A DNA stretch of 64,000 bases from the human T2T-CHM13v2.0 reference genome, Homo sapiens. The notes under the pieces were generated by a model. That model searched no databases and was not told where the DNA came from. It saw only the letters and a list, made by a program, of their open reading frames with translations. The position numbers and the translations under genes were made by a program. This document shows, one piece after another, positions 46,864-61,384 of the stretch. Position 1 is the stretch's first letter; each line of letters begins with the position of its first letter. The DNA lies in the NCBI RefSeq assembly GCF_009914755.1, contig NC_060929.1; one strand, given 5' to 3'.

Positions 46864-49800
46864 TCAGTTTGCCAGTATTTTATTGAGATTGTTTGCATCA
46901 ATGTTCATCAGGGATATTGGCCTGAAGTTTTCTTTTATTGTTGTATCTGTGCTGCTAGGATTTTGGTATCAGGGTGATGCTGGCCTCATAGAATAAGTTA
47001 GGGAGGAGTCCCTCCTTTTCAATTGTTTGTAGTAGTTTCAGAATAAAAAATTGTATCAAATCCTCTTCATATTTCTGGTAGAATTCAGCTGTAAATCAAT
47101 CTGGTCCTGGGATTTTTTTGGTTGGTAAGCTATTTATTACTGCTTCAATTTCAGAACTTGTTATGGGTCTATGCAGGGATTCAATTTCTTCCTGGTTCAA
47201 TGTTGGGAGGTTGTATGTGTCTGGGAATTTATCCATTTCTTCTAGATTTTCTAGTTTATTTGCGTAGAGATGTTTATAATATTCTCTGATGGTTGTTTGT
47301 ATTTCTGTGGGGTTAGTGGTGATACCCCTTTATCGTTTTTTATCGTGTCTATTTGATTCTTCTCTCTTCTACTTTGTTAGTCTAGCTAGTGGTCTATTTT
47401 ATTATTTTTTTCAAAAAACCAGCTCCTGAATTCATCGATATTTTGAAGGGGTTTTCATGTCTCTATCACCTTCAGTTCCACTCTGATCTTGATTATTTCT
47501 TGTCTTCTGCTAGCTTTGGGGTTTGTTTGCTCTTGGTTCTCTAGTTCTTTTATAGAGTGTCAATTTAAGATCTTTCTAGTTTTTTGATGTGGGCATTTAA
47601 TGCTATAAATTTCCCTCTTAACACTGCTTTAGCTGTGTCCCAGAGATGCTGGTACATTGTATCTTTGTTCTCATTGGTTTAAAAGAACTTCTTGATTTCT
47701 GTCTTAATTTCATATTTACCCAGGAGTCATTCAGAAGCAGGCTGTTCAATTTCCATGTAGTTGTGTTGTTTTGAGTGAATTTTTAAATCTTGAGTTATAA
47801 TTTGATTGTGATGTGGTCTGAGAGACTGTTTGTTACAATTTCACTTCTTTTGCATTTGCCAAGGAGTGTTTTACTTCCAATTATGTAATCAGTTTTAGAG
47901 TAAGTGTCATGTGGCACCAAGAAGAATGTATATTCTGTTGTTTTGGGTGGGAGTTCTGTAGATATCTGTCGGGTATACTTGATCCAGAGCTGAGTTCAAG
48001 TCCTGAATATCTTTGCTAATTTTCTGTCTCGATGATCTGCCTCATACTGACAGTGGGGTGCCAGAGTTTCCCACTATTATTGTGTAGGAGTCTAAGTCTC
48101 CTTGTAGGTCTCTAAGAACTTGTTTTACATATCTGGGTGCTCCTGTATTGGGTGCATATATATTTAGGATAGTTAGCTCTTCTAGTTGAATTGACCCCTT
48201 TACCATTATGTAATGCCCTTCTTTTTTTTTTTTTTTTTTTAATCTTTTTTGATTTAAAATCTGTTTTGTCAGGAATTAGGATTGCAACCCCAGCTTTTTT
48301 CTGTTTTCCATTTGCTTGGTAAATTTTCCTCCATCTTTTTATGTTGAGTCTATGTGTGCCTTTCCATGTGAGATGGGTTTCTTAAATACAGCACATTGAT
48401 GGATTTTGACTCTTTTTCTAGCCTGCAGCTCTACGTCTTTTAATTTGGGTATTTAGCTTATTTACATTTCAGTTTAACATTGTTATGTGCGAATTTGATT
48501 CTGACATCATGATGCTAGTTGGTTATTTTGCAGACTTGTTTATGTATTTGCTTCATAGTGTCATTGGTCTGTGTACTCAGTATGTTTTATTGTAGTGGCT
48601 GGTAATGGTTTTTCATTTCCATATTTAGTGCTTCCTTCAGGAGCTCTTGCAAGGCAGGCCTGGTGGTAATAAATTCCCTCAGCATTTGCTTGTCTTAAAA
48701 AGATCTTATTCCTTCTTCATTTATGAAGTTTAGTTTGGCCAGATATGAAATTCTACATTGGAAATTCTTTTTTTAAAGGATGTTGAATATTGGCCTCCAA
48801 TGTCTTCTGGCTTGTAGTGTTTCTGCTAAGAGGTCTGCTGTTAGTCTGAAGGGTTTCCCTTTATTGGTGATGTGGCCCTTCTCTCTGGCTTCCCTTTAAC
48901 ATTTTTTCCTCCATTTTGACCTTGGAGGATCTGATGATTGTGTGTCTTGGGGTTGATCTTCTCATGGGGTATCTTACTGGGGTTCTCTGGATTCCCTGGA
49001 TTTAAATGTTGATCTGTCTTGCTAGGTTGAGGAAGTTCTCCTGGATGATATTCTGAAGTGTGTTTTATAACTGGGTTCCATTCTCCCCATCTCTTTCAGG
49101 TACCCCATCTGTCGTAGGTTCAGTCTTTTTACATGATCCCATAGTTCTCAAAGCTTTTGTTGGTTCCTTTTCATTCTTTTTTCTCCAATCTTGTCTGCCT
49201 GTCTTATTTCATCAAGATAGTCTTCAAGCTCTGATATCCTTTCTTCTGCTTAGTCTATTCAGCTATTAACACTTGTGTTTGCATTATAAAGTTCCTTTGT
49301 TGTGTTTTTCATCTCTATCAGATCATTTATGTTCCTCTCTAAACTGGTTCTTCTGATTAACAGCACCTCTAATATTTTATCATGGCTCTTAGCTTTTTTG
49401 CAGTGAGTTAGAACATAATCCTTTAGCTCAGTGGAGTTCATTATTACCCATCTTCTAAAGCCTACTTCTGTCAATTCATCCATCTCAGCCTCAGCCCAGT
49501 TTTGTGCCCTTGCTGTAGACATGTTGCAATCAATTGGAGGAGAAGAGACACTCTGGATTTAGAGTTCTCAGCATTTTGTGTTGATTTTTTTCTCATCTTC
49601 ATGGGTTTATCTACTTTTGATCTTTGAGGCTGCTGACTTTTGGATGACATTTTTGTAGGGTCTTTTTCTTTGATGTTTATGTTGTTGCTTTCTGTTTGTT
49701 TTTCTTTTAGCAGTCAGGCCCCTCTTCTGTAGAGCTGCTGAGGTTTGCTGGGGGTCCACTCCTGACCCTATTCTGCTGGGTCTCTCCCACCCCTGGAGAT

Positions 49801-50489
49801 ATCACTAGTGGAGTCTGCAGAGCAGCAAAAAGAGCAGACTGCTCCTTCCTCTCAGAGCTCTGTCCTGGAGGAGCACAGACCTGGTGCCAGCCAGAACACC
49901 CCTCTATGCAGTGCCTGGAGACTCCTGTTGGGAGGTCTCATTCAGTCATGAGGACCAGAATTAGGGACCCACTTAAATAAGCAGTCTGGCTGCTCCTTGG
50001 CTGAGCAGGTGTGCTGCACTGGGGGAAATCTCCTCATCTGGGCTCCTCTGACTCTCCAGTACCAAGAGGCAGAAAAGACTAAGATTGCTGATCCATGATG
50101 TCACAGCTGCCCCTCCGCCTATGGCGAGTTTCTACATCTTTATGCTTGGGACCCAAGGCTATGGTGGAGTGGGCTCAGGAGGGGACTTCCTGATCCATGG
50201 GTTGAAAGGATCCACGGGAAAAGCATGATTTCAGGGAGGGGAAGCACAATCCTTCACCGTCTCCATTGGTTGCTGAAGGGAGTTCCCTTTTCCCCCATGC
50301 AGCTCCCTTGTGGGCCCTCGCTCCACCCTGCTATTCTGCATTCTCCGGGATTCACACCAACCACCGAGTCACTCCCAGTGAGAGAATCTTCGTTCCTCAA
50401 TTGAAGACGCAGAGCTTACTCACAGTTTTGACCCTTCTTGGTGGGAGCTGCAGAGCAGAGCTGCTTCTATTCAGCAGCTGCTCCCCCAG

Positions 50490-50783
50490 TGCTATGATTT
50501 TAATGTGTCCCCTCCAAAGTTCTTGTTAAAGCTTAATCCTCATTGTGGTGGCATTGAGAGTTGTGGCAGAGTTTGGGTAAGCAGACCCCTCATGAATGGT
50601 TGAGTGCCTTATAAAAGAGCTAGAAGGCCTAGCTTAGGTCCTTTTTTGCCCTTCCACCTTCTGCCATGTGAGGATAGTTTTCATCCCTTTGGCCATGTGA
50701 CGATGCAACCAGAAGGCCTTCACCAGACATCAAATGCCGTTACCTTGATCTTGGACTTCTCACTCTCCAGAACTGTGCAAATT
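50490..50783 (+). mobile_element. MST-family (MSTC/D) LTR, 3' end missing
   Basis: TGCTATGATTTTAATGTGTCCCCTCCAAA…CCTTGATCTTGGACTTCTCACTCTCCAGAACTGTG. Confidence 0.8.
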
Positions 50784-51344
50784 GATGTGGCTGTGTCACC
50801 ACTTATGGGGTGCCACCAATGTTGCTAAGTAACGGGGGATGGAGGAATAGGCAAGGCAGCCCCCACTTTGAGGGAAGAATGAGGCTAGGCCCAGAACCAC
50901 ACAGGCTGCCATGGAGGCCATCAGCCAAAACTGTTTTTTAGTGGTTTAATTAATAAGTTTAATAAAATGTGTTTCATATTTTTTTCATATTTTTATAGAG
51001 AAATCCAGATTTACTTTATATCTATTCCAGTATAAGAATTATTTTTATTTATGCTAGGACTGAATTAAAGACATGTCATTGAAACAGGATCCTTTTTCTA
51101 TTTTTAGGTCATTCCAATAAACTATCATAGTTCCAACAGCCTCTTAGGGCTTAGTACTGACTGGTGTGTGGTTAAGAGGAAGAAATTTCTTAAGCAAGGT
51201 TTTAAGATATGGCATTTGGAAAATTAAGAAAAAGTCATGAATGGTCTCTTTTACTTCACTGGCCAAAAAATAAATTATACAATAATGGTATTATTTGTGT
51301 AGTTTTCAGTCCTGAAACTCTGGGCATACAAAGAACTTTTAACT

Positions 51345-52422
51345 ACAATTTGATTGACAGATGGACCAAAGACCTTAACAGACACCTCACCAAAGAAGAT
51401 GTGCAGATGACATAGAAAAAGACACTCCGCATCATATGTCATCAAGGAAATGCAAAGGGAAACAATAATGAGGTCCCGCTACACACCTATTAGAATGGCC
51501 AAAATCTAGAATACTGAGAGCATCGAATGCTGGTAAGGATATGGAGCAACAGGAATTCTCATTCAGTCCTGCTGGGAATGAGAATAGTATAGTCAGTTTC
51601 GAAGACATTTTAGTAGTTTTTAAAAAACTAAACGTACTCTTATGATATGATCCAGCAATCACACTTTTGGTATTTGCCCAAAAGAATTGAAAACTTACAT
51701 TTTCACATAAGTACACAAAAATTTGTACCAAGATATTTATTGATGTGTACACACAAGTACACAGAAACTTGTACACAGATATTTATAGAGGCTTTATTCA
51801 TAGTTGCCAAGATATCCTTCACTATGTGACTGGATAAATAAACTGATACATACAGATAAGATAATACCGTTTAGCATTAAAAAGAAATGAACTATCAAAA
51901 ATGAAAAGACATGGAGGAAACTTAAATGTGTATTATTAAGTGAAAGAAGCCAATCTGAAAAAGGTACATAGTGTATAATTCCAAATATAAGACATTCTGG
52001 AAAAAGCAAAACTATGGACACAATGAAAAGATCAGTCAATTGAAATAAATAAATATGTTTTTAAAAATCAGTGGTTTCCAGGTATTAGAGAGAAGATAGG
52101 GATGAATCGGCAGAGCACAGAGAACTTTTAAGTCAGGGAAACTTCTTTGTATAATATTCTACAGTGGTACATGTCATTAAAAATTTGTTTAATCTCACAG
52201 ATTGTACAGCATCAAACGTGAATGCTAAAATAAACTGTGGAATCTTGGGTGATAATGATATGTCAATGCAGATTCATCAGTTGTAACATATGTACCACTC
52301 TAGTGGGGAATGGTTATAATGGGGAAGGCTATGCATACATAGGGGCAGAAGGTAAATGGGAAATTTCTGTATCTTCTGTTCAATTTTGCTGTAAACGTAA
52401 AATTGCTCTAAAAATAGCCTAA
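51345..52422 (+). mobile_element. L1MC1-like 3' fragment
   Basis: AAAGACCTTAACAGACACCTCACCAAAGAAGAT…CAATTTTGCTGTAAACGTAAAATTGCTCTAAAAATAG. Confidence 0.85.
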
Positions 52423-53534
52423 GACTGGTTTTATAATAACAGTAGGCCATTATTCATATTAGCATTATCATTATAGTCATGAATACAGTCTTCTCTTGAC
52501 TATAGGGAACACAGTGCTTTTAGATTTCCTAGCATCCATTTAGCTTCCATTTTAAAAATAGAACAACACTAAGAACTTCTATATTATATGCACTATGAAG
52601 CCATATATTGTAGCTCATTAATTTATTTGGTAATAAAGTGCTAATTAGTGATATAACACTGACTCAAACAAGTTAGCTGAATGGTTTTAATAATCATAGA
52701 ACACACCGTGAATCTCCATCAGACTTATTTTATTCATTCAGTTGGTCAAAAGAAGAAATAGAACAAATGTGATGAATGAAAACACATCCATAAATTATAC
52801 TAGAAAAAATAGCTCAAAATATATGTCTAGCAGAGTTATTCAGTGCTGTTAACTCCAACTTCCTTATTAGCATTTCATTACTACATAATACAGTTGAATT
52901 CAATCCTCGAGCTGGTTTTGCTTTATTTGATGGTTATATCAGGGATACATATTCTAGTGCATCCAATAGGAAGCCACATTAGCACATTGGACCTTGATGA
53001 ACTTAATCTAAAATTATAATCTTCAATAACCTTGTAATACTACATAGAATATAACTGAGCCAATAAAACATACTTATTTTTGTTTACCTTTCAATTTACA
53101 CATAAGTTAAATCTACATTTTATCTAATTAAAACCAGATTGTTGGACTCTCAAATGCCTTGAGAAATCTATCACTTATTGAAGTGCATGGCACTTTTAAA
53201 ACATAAATGAAAACTTCAGAGAATTACAATTTATATTACACAAATACAACTTCTGTCAATTCTGTCACAGTCTAAACATAACCAGCTGCCTCTGCAATGA
53301 TATCAAGTGGCAATTAAAATAGCACCAGTAATGTTACACTACAGTGAGGTGCAGAAAATATTTTGTCTGGTAAAAGCAAGAATTATATTTAGATGGTTGA
53401 GATTCATGTTCCATATTAAAAGAACAAATGTTCTGAAAGATTAGTCTTTGGTGCCATCATGTCTATTTGTGCATAATCTTGGACACAGGGTGGCTTGCAT
53501 GAGCCAGATATCTGTCTTGTTCAACTTTAGTCCG

Positions 53535-53810
53535 CTAAGCCGTGGTCTCCAAGTATCTTCTGCAGACCATTAGTTCAATGAAATACTAATAGGAATTTTG
53601 TCAAAAAATAAGTTCTATGATCACATAGGATTTGGAAATGCTATGTTAAGCTTGCACATTTTTCTCTCCAATGAATTGTCAACTCTTTAATGTACTCACA
53701 TGCATTATGGATTTTTTAGAGAAAATGCATAACTTCCCCCAAATTATTTAATTATAGAACACATGCCAGAATAACCATTAACTTTTAGATAAAATATATG
53801 TTTGGGACAA
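53535..53810. mobile_element. Old hAT-Charlie MITE (family unsure)
   Basis: CCGTGGTCTCCAAG…TTTGGGA terminal-like motifs with an internal TTTGGAAATGCT. Confidence 0.35.
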
Positions 53811-55115
53811 GCAAAGTTGGAAAAAATTGTTTTGTTATCTGATATTTGCTTAAGGCATCAAAGAAGTTAACACCAGGAAAAATAAAAATTTGGTTGGATT
53901 GGTTACATTTGTTCCACGTCTAATGTATTTATTTTGGTAAGCATACTGGGTGTAAACGTGATTTTTTTCAGTGCTAACGGCCTTTAATGGAATTGATCCA
54001 GAACTCTTTTTTCAAGGAGGATCTACCGGGGGTAATGTTGCATGGAACAAGTTTACAGACTTGCATTCAAAATCCCATTTACCACATTTGCCATTCTGTT
54101 CATCTAAAGATACTAAAATATTTTTCCTGCTTGGAAGCTTCTAACACCACCAATTCCCCAGAATAACTAGGAGTCTGATGTGGCTGTCTCAGGGTTCTCT
54201 AATAAAAGAAAAATTCAGCCACCTTCCTAGAATATACAAGGACCAAGGAGCATTTACAACACATAGTGACACCAAAGAGGTCTTATTCTTTGAACAGTTA
54301 GAGGCAATGGGGCAAAGTGACCTGCATTAACCCAAATTCTCCTCTCTCTTAAGTTAACAAGGATTCTGCTTCATGCAAGGATTGACACCTGACATTAGGA
54401 CCAAAGCAGGCAAAAATACAAAGCCGGTGATTTATTTTTAGTAGCTCCTTTTTCAGTGTCTTTCCTTTACTCTCATATTCCAGCCAACCATCTCCCTGGA
54501 ACCCTTGGGCAGCCTTCTCTCTTCTTATTCAGAGCCTTCTTACTCCAACACTTACTCCTCCACTGCTTCAAAATTACGTCCCTCATTGACCATTGGTGTT
54601 TATGTGTTCTCTTTTCAAATACTCAATTCAATGACAGTAAATGAGTTTTTGCAATGGCTTCATTACATTGAAGAAAAAGAACTGGAGCACAGACAACATA
54701 ATAGAATGGAGAATCATAATTGACTTAACAAAATGGAGGAAGTTAAAACCAAAGAACTTTCAGGGAGGCATAAAAGGACAAGTAAGGCAATTTGCCCTAA
54801 ATAACTCCAGAAAAGCTAAAACCTTAGAGCTATCAAATCGACAAAGTGCGAGGAATATGTGGAACTAAAAACAGGGATTGGTCAAAAGCAAAGTTCTGTA
54901 GATCTTTGGAGTCCATTACTATCTTAATTCCCAGAATCCGGAAGCCAGCATGCACTGCTTGCCACCACCATCCCCTCAAAATGAAAAAATTATTAAATCA
55001 AGAAAATGACAGAAACTAAAGGGTCCCAGGGAAGAAATACCTACTAATATTGATAAATGAGATGGGGATAATGAAAAGCCTGATTTTATGATTATTATAG
55101 TGAAATGAACTAAAT

Positions 55116-55270
55116 CAGTGCATCTCAAACTTGAATGTGCACATTGCAAGAGCCTGAGGTCTTACTGGAATACGTACTTTAGTTGATTAGTTCTGGGGTA
55201 TGGCCTCAGATTCACCATTTCTAATACTTCTGCATTTCTGCTGGTCCATGAGTCACACTTTGAATAAAAA
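55116..55270. mobile_element. MER5A/B hAT MITE
   Basis: CAGTGCATCTCAAACTTGAATGTGCA…TCTGGGGTATGGCCT…GCTGGTCCATGAGTCACACTTTGA. Confidence 0.65.
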
Positions 55271-55563
55271 TGCAAAAGACAACAAAGTACATTTGTACTC
55301 AGAGTTAACTAGCCACTTTTTACTACTTCATTCTTGAATATGAGTAGACAGATAAAAATTACCATCCATTTGAAGGAAGCCTCCTACATGAAAGAGACCA
55401 AAACAGATATTAAGAAGAAAAAAAACATAAAGTACAGCTAGAGTACAGCTCTAGATATCATCATAGAGATATAAAGTTCATTTATGAAACTAGAGAAGAA
55501 TTCTAAGGAAAAATAAAAATCAGAGAGCAAAAACATGATTCTAAGAATTTAAAATACATGAGA

Positions 55564-55873
55564 GGCCAGGTGCTGTAGCTCACGCCTGTAATCCCAACAC
55601 TTCGGGAGGCTGAGGTGGGTGGATCACTTGAGGTCAGGAGTTCAAGACCAGCCTGGCCAACATGGTGAAACCCCGTTTCTACTAAAAATACCAAAATTAG
55701 CCAGGCGATAGTGGTGCACACCTGTAATCCCAGCTACTCAGGAGACTGAGGCAGGAGAATCGCTTGAGCCTGGGAGGCGGAGGTTGCCCTGAGCCAAGAT
55801 TGTGCCACTGCACTTCAGTCTGGGTGACAGAGTGAGACCCTGTCTCAATAACAACAAAATAAATAAATTAATT
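55564..55873 (+). mobile_element. AluSz-like
   Basis: Full dimer. TSD AAATACAT(G/A)AGA. Confidence 0.93.
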
Positions 55874-56100
55874 AAATACATAAGAAAAATATCAATAGAA
55901 GTTTTGGAAAATAAAATCAGAGAAATTGCCTAGAAATTTGAGTATACATCAAAATATTTAAAATAAGAAAGTGGTTCAGGACCAATCCAAGAAAGCCAAC
56001 ATATGAAATATGATATTTTTAGTAACAGAAAAAAAGGAAGGAAAAGTACTAACAAGGCTTACACAAGAAAAAATATTGAAACTAAAGACATATGTCTTCA

Positions 56101-56425
56101 GAATGAGTTAATGTCTTTTGCAGGGACATGGATGAAGCTGGAAACCATCATTCTCTGCAAACTAACACAGGAACAGAAAACCAAACACCACATGTTCTCA
56201 TTCATAAGTGGGAGTTGAACAATGAGAACATACAGGCACAGGGAGGGGAACATCACACACCGGGGCCTGTCGCGGGGTGGGGGGCAAGGGGAGGGATAGC
56301 ATTAGGAGAAATACCTAATTTAGATGACGGGTTGATGGGTACAGCAAACCACCATGGCACATATGTACCTATGTAACAAACCTGCACGTTCTGCACATGT
56401 ATCCCAGAACTTAAAGTATATATAA

Positions 56426-56430
<5 letters not shown>
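56101..56430 (+). mobile_element. L1PA6/7-like 3' end (about 330 bp)
   Basis: GGGACATGGATGAAGCTGGAAACC…TTAGGAGAAATACCTAAT…ATCCCAGAACTTAAAGTAT. Confidence 0.92.
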
Positions 56431-56646
<216 letters not shown>

Positions 56647-57614
56647 CTATTTGGGGCTTAATTTTAAAAACCATTGCTTGTTCTTACATTATATAATTTT
56701 GAAAAATAAAATACAATATGTTAGAGACAATGTTAAATACTAAAAAAAAGAAAAGAAAAAGGCTCACTAAGATATTTCAAGAAATATCAATATCGTACAC
56801 ACTGGCAACACGTATTCAACCTCAGAATCTAAAAGATAGCATAAAAATGCCATCCAAATTCTGAGGAAAAATTATTTCTATGCTAGAATTCCAAGTTAAT
56901 TCTTATTCACCTGTTGTAGCAAAATAAAGACATAGATACAAGGACTAAAAATGTGTCTGCTATGCATGCATTTTTAGGACATTTCCAGAGGATGTACTGT
57001 AGCCAAATGAAGCATTAAATTAAGAAAATGATAGACTTAGGATCCAGGAAAAAGGCAACTCATTAAAGGATACTGAAAAAACTAATTTCCAAGACAATGA
57101 GAAAGAAACATCCCAAATGGACAAATGCATAGCAAGTGCCGAAAGAAATGAATTTAATTGGATTTGAAGAATCAAGGGAGGAAAAAATAGAAATAATGTA
57201 CTTCAGTATATAAATGGCAATAATAAATGCGGTGAAAAATGTTCCACATTTGGAAAAAATGATAGACTTTTTTTAAAAGGTGAATAAATCAATTTGGCAA
57301 TCATCAATTCCAGGAAAAAAATGGAGAAACAGGAATGGAAAAATACATTTCATATCTTAGTTGTTTTATCAGTAAACAAAAACACCTGCATAGTCATAAT
57401 CATGTAATGTAATCAGTGACTAGTGGTTTACTAAAAAAAAGAAAGCACAAGTTATAACTATGTAGGAGGAGGTTGGAGAGATTATGTGGTTGAGGCGAGT
57501 ATTGACAAGTTAAAGCATCATCCATCATGGCCAGAAGTAAAGGGGTCATCTGTAATATTGATGAATCGTGAAATAACAGTATAAGCCTATTAATTAGAAA
57601 TGCAGATATAAATA

Positions 57615-57932
57615 CGTTAAATTCAGTTTGGCTCAAAGTGGCCTCCATACACAATGAGCTGTACCTTAGCTTGATGGTTAAACAAGTTGTAACCTAACTA
57701 GTAGTATATCCTTATAATTAGGCAGCTTAGTCTCACTGATCTCAAACAGAAAGCTGCCAAATTTTGCCCAAATAAGGCAAAGGCCAAACTGTACTAATCA
57801 GTTTGCTGCTCATGTTGTAGGCACGGGCATTTTGAACCATCTTCAGTTGGAAGCAGCCTGCTTCTAGAATCTTTTTTTGTCGTTCAAATTAACTTTGTTA
57901 AATTTAACTATCTAAGTATTTTTTTTTCAGCG
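57615..57932 (+). mobile_element. MER57-family (ERV1) solo LTR
   Basis: GTTAAATTCAGTTTGGCTCAAAG…CAAATAAGGCAAAGGCC…CTTTGTTAAATTTAACT. 4-bp TSD AATA. Confidence 0.75.
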
Positions 57933-58459
57933 AATACCATAAACAACAGTTAAGAGAGTTGATAGTAATTGCTTTGATAATAATGTAATTAATTTTAAAA
58001 ATAACATGAGCCAGGGGAAGGACAATCAGTGTCCAGTAGTTTTAGCTGTGGCATACCCAAAGTAGAGCCTTTATCCCTCCAGTGGGGCCTTGCAGAAAAA
58101 TGGAGCCCAGAAGACTGCCATCCCTTGGTGGTACTTCCCTAAAACATCCTCAGCATCAGAAATCTGGGGGAAGGATGAGGAATGAGGGCCTTCCCCTCCC
58201 TAGAACATAAGCTGGGAGCTGCATGGAGAGGGCTCTGTTCTTGGCTGCACCAGCCTAGGGTGGAGTTTCCTTCTTCCAGACCAGGGAGAGACAATGAAAG
58301 GAGTAGGGGCTTAATTCAAATGCCATAGTGAAGTTTAGTATATTTTCTTTAATAAATATTTCTTCGTTTGTTCTATGCTCTTAGAACCAACCCTAGAAAG
58401 TTAAATGTTTGTTTTATAAAAATAATGTTTGCCAGTTTGACTGGGGAGTGGATCCATGG

Positions 58460-58640
58460 AGATCTTTATGCTGTAATGCAAGAACTAGCCCGCCTCTAAC
58501 CAGCTTTTGATTTTTCACAATCAACTCACCTTCTCTGAGATTAGTTGTCTTTTCTTTAAAATGAATGTAATATTGTCTAATTTTCAAGATTTTATTGGCA
58601 TTGAAGAAAATGTGCATAAAGTGTTTAATGTAATTTTTGT
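58460..58640 (+). mobile_element. MIR SINE
   Basis: CAACTCACCTTCTCTGAGATTAGTTGTCTTTTCTTTAAAATG core. Confidence 0.55.
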
Positions 58641-58704
58641 CATATGGAAGACATTTTGTAAAAAAAAAACTATTCCTGTCTTTGAAGAAAAGTGATTATA
58701 TGTC

Positions 58705-58900
58705 ATGTATTCATTCATCCACTCAAATATGGCTTGAGCACCAGATATGTGTGCTATTCCAGATGGTGGAAATTTTGAGCAAAGCAAAGGTGCTTCCTTC
58801 ACAGAGCTTATTCTAATGGAAGGGATAGACAATAAAAAGTGAATATATAAAATGATGTCAGGGATTGATCAATATGATAAAGAAAAAGAAAACACATGAA
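58705..58900 (-). mobile_element. L2 3' end
   Basis: TCATTCATCCACTCAAATAT…CCTTCACAGAGCTTATTCTAATGGAAG. Confidence 0.65.
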
Positions 58901-59080
58901 GAGTTAGAAAGTTATATGAGGCTGCCATACATACAAATGGACATATGGAGAAAATGGCCTATTTTCTCCATTAATTCATCAAGGTTAAGTGTTCAAATTT
59001 TGCCATTCAAATGCTTTTTGTCTTTAGAAGTAGAACAAATATCTTTTGCCAACACCTCCTAGTAAATATGGACCTGGTGA

Positions 59081-59221
59081 ATATATATGTGTGTGTGTGT
59101 GTATATATATGTGTATCTATACACATATATATATTTATATACATAAATATATATAGTTTTTATATATACTATATAGTATGTATATATACTATATATAAAA
59201 TATATATACATATATATATAT
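59081..59221. repeat. Degenerate (TA)n/(TG)n tract
   Basis: About 140 bp of alternating purine-pyrimidine sequence. Confidence 0.9.
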
Positions 59222-60539
59222 TCAGCTGCAACAGAGGCTAAGCTTCCACAGCAATGCTTAAACGTAATAAACTTTACATATTGCCTCTGTTCTTATAAGT
59301 TCAAGCCTGCCTGAAAGTGTGGGATAGTATAATAGACTCTTGTTGCCTTCTAATTCTGTACTTCTATGACATAAAGCTGTGTGATATATATGAATGGGAG
59401 TACAGAGAGAGTGAGGGAGATTTGACTAAATATATTATAAATGCTATAAACCACTACTGGTGTTAAAATATTGTGGATGTCAGATTTTATTATCTTGAGA
59501 GTAACTTTGAAAAGAGAAGGAAATATAAAATATAATATAAATTACATAGGAGAGCTAATTACTAAATTAATTTCTATGCAGTATTCTCGCAGATGACAGA
59601 ATGCCCTCTTGAATATTCTCTGTAAATCACAAACAGTGAGATTTCATTAAATACATTATCAGAGAGTATGTAATTATTATTAAGACATACACCCTGTCTT
59701 CAAGGAGTTTGTATTATAGTAGAAACAATAAAACTACAGAAATGGCCCTGTAAAGTTCATATCTCCAGGCCACCAGCATAGGAGTCATGTTAAGAAGTTA
59801 GCACTATAGCTGCTCTGATGCTGAAAATTCTTCACCTACTTCCTTCTGTCTCAACAAGGATAATGGAGGATTTAAGGGACAAGGATTATTTTTTGGATGT
59901 CTTCTACTACTTTGTCCTACTCCTGGTTTCCCCCAACATCTCTCAGAGGATCAAGTGCTGCTGGAAAAGTTCACAATCAGCTGTTTCAGCCACCAGCCTC
60001 CCATGCAGCAACAGGGATTAGGAGATGTGAAGGGATGCTATTCCACACATACTCTTCCTTTGCCTTAGGCAGGAAGTTGGGTGCTGAGAGTTTGTGCAGA
60101 TAAAGTTGGCAAAATTTTATGTCACAGACTGAAACAAGAGTTTTAATACCAAGGCTTCTGCTCCCTCTGAGACAGCTGCTGTATTCTACACAACCATCAC
60201 CGTCGTTCACCGCTGGCTACCATCATGCATAGATTTTTCATTGCAAAATCTCTCCACAAAATGCTCTTTTCATTGCCTGTAATAGCTTATTTTCTTCTTT
60301 CTGTACAGCTTCAAGAAGCTGTGGGCTATACCTTTCCAACTTGCCTCTACATGTTTACAAATTATTGATCCTGTTGTCTCATGATCTGAAATTCTCTCTA
60401 TATCCTTTTTTTCTAGAAGACTTCTGGAAGTTCATTAAAAACCCAAATTACCCTTTTGGAGCCTCATCTGTTCCAGGAACAACTTCTAATTCTAGTCAAC
60501 CAATCCCCCTTCCCAATGCCACCAGCAAATTTGTTTTGA

Positions 60540-60800
60540 GAGGTTTGGAGAGGAGAGAATTGATATGAGAGACATTTAGAAGGCAGAAAGGGCAAAACTT
60601 AGTGACCAGTTGTATGTATTGTATGGTAGACTGGATGGAGTTATGGTCAATTTTCTGGATTCTGCTATAGGCACGTGGGTAGAAGACAGAGTATAGGAAT
60701 TCAAGTAGGTGGGGAGAAGAGAAGAGGATTAAAAGGCTTCAGTAACTGTCATGATTATATTTCAAAATTCTTGATGTATGTTCAACTTCAAATGGGTAGA
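60540..60800 (-). mobile_element. L2 fragment
   Basis: GAGAGACATTTAGAAGGCAGAA…AACTTAGTGACCAGTTG antisense L2 motif. Confidence 0.55.
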
Positions 60801-61384
60801 ATGAAAGTAGAGCGAACATCAGACAGAACACAGACAGAAAAGAAAAAATGCAGGCCCTAAAACAATTAAACTGGCATGGATGATACTATTCATGGGCGCC
60901 ACTTGAGGTACTTGGCAGAGTTTCCATTCAAGTGATAGCATCCAAGAGTCCAGGCCAGAAAATTCTTTCTATTTTGAGAGAGAGAGCGGTTACTTAATCA
61001 TGTAAAATAGGTCTATGGCTATGCTCTGTTCTTAATAAGTTCAAATACCAAGTAAGATGGACATAAGGAAATGGGAGATAAAAGATGGATATGTGATCTG
61101 GGAATGAGACAATGAAGTTTCAGAGATGGAGCAGTTCTGGCTTATTTAAGGAGAAACACAGAGGTAAAGGAGATTGGAAATATAGAACATCAACAAATTG
61201 TGAGTCTAGTGTATTGGAAAGTGCATTCTCATGGGGGTTTATATTAAACAAAATAACAGATAGAAACAAAGCAAAGTACCAACAATAAGGCAGATTATGT
61301 AAAATTTTTCATTTGAGGTAACTACCATAAGGGGAATGAAATACATTTTTTTTTTGTGAGGAAGAAAATAAGTACGATATTCCA

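Noticed and set aside
53972-54031. Possible plus-strand exon (TTTTTTTCAG…GGG/GTAATG)
   Set aside because: The donor is weak, the pyrimidine tract is short, and there is no other support.
59081-59221. TA-rich tract as a structured or coding element
   Set aside because: It is a degenerate microsatellite, and the ORF across it is a low-complexity artefact.
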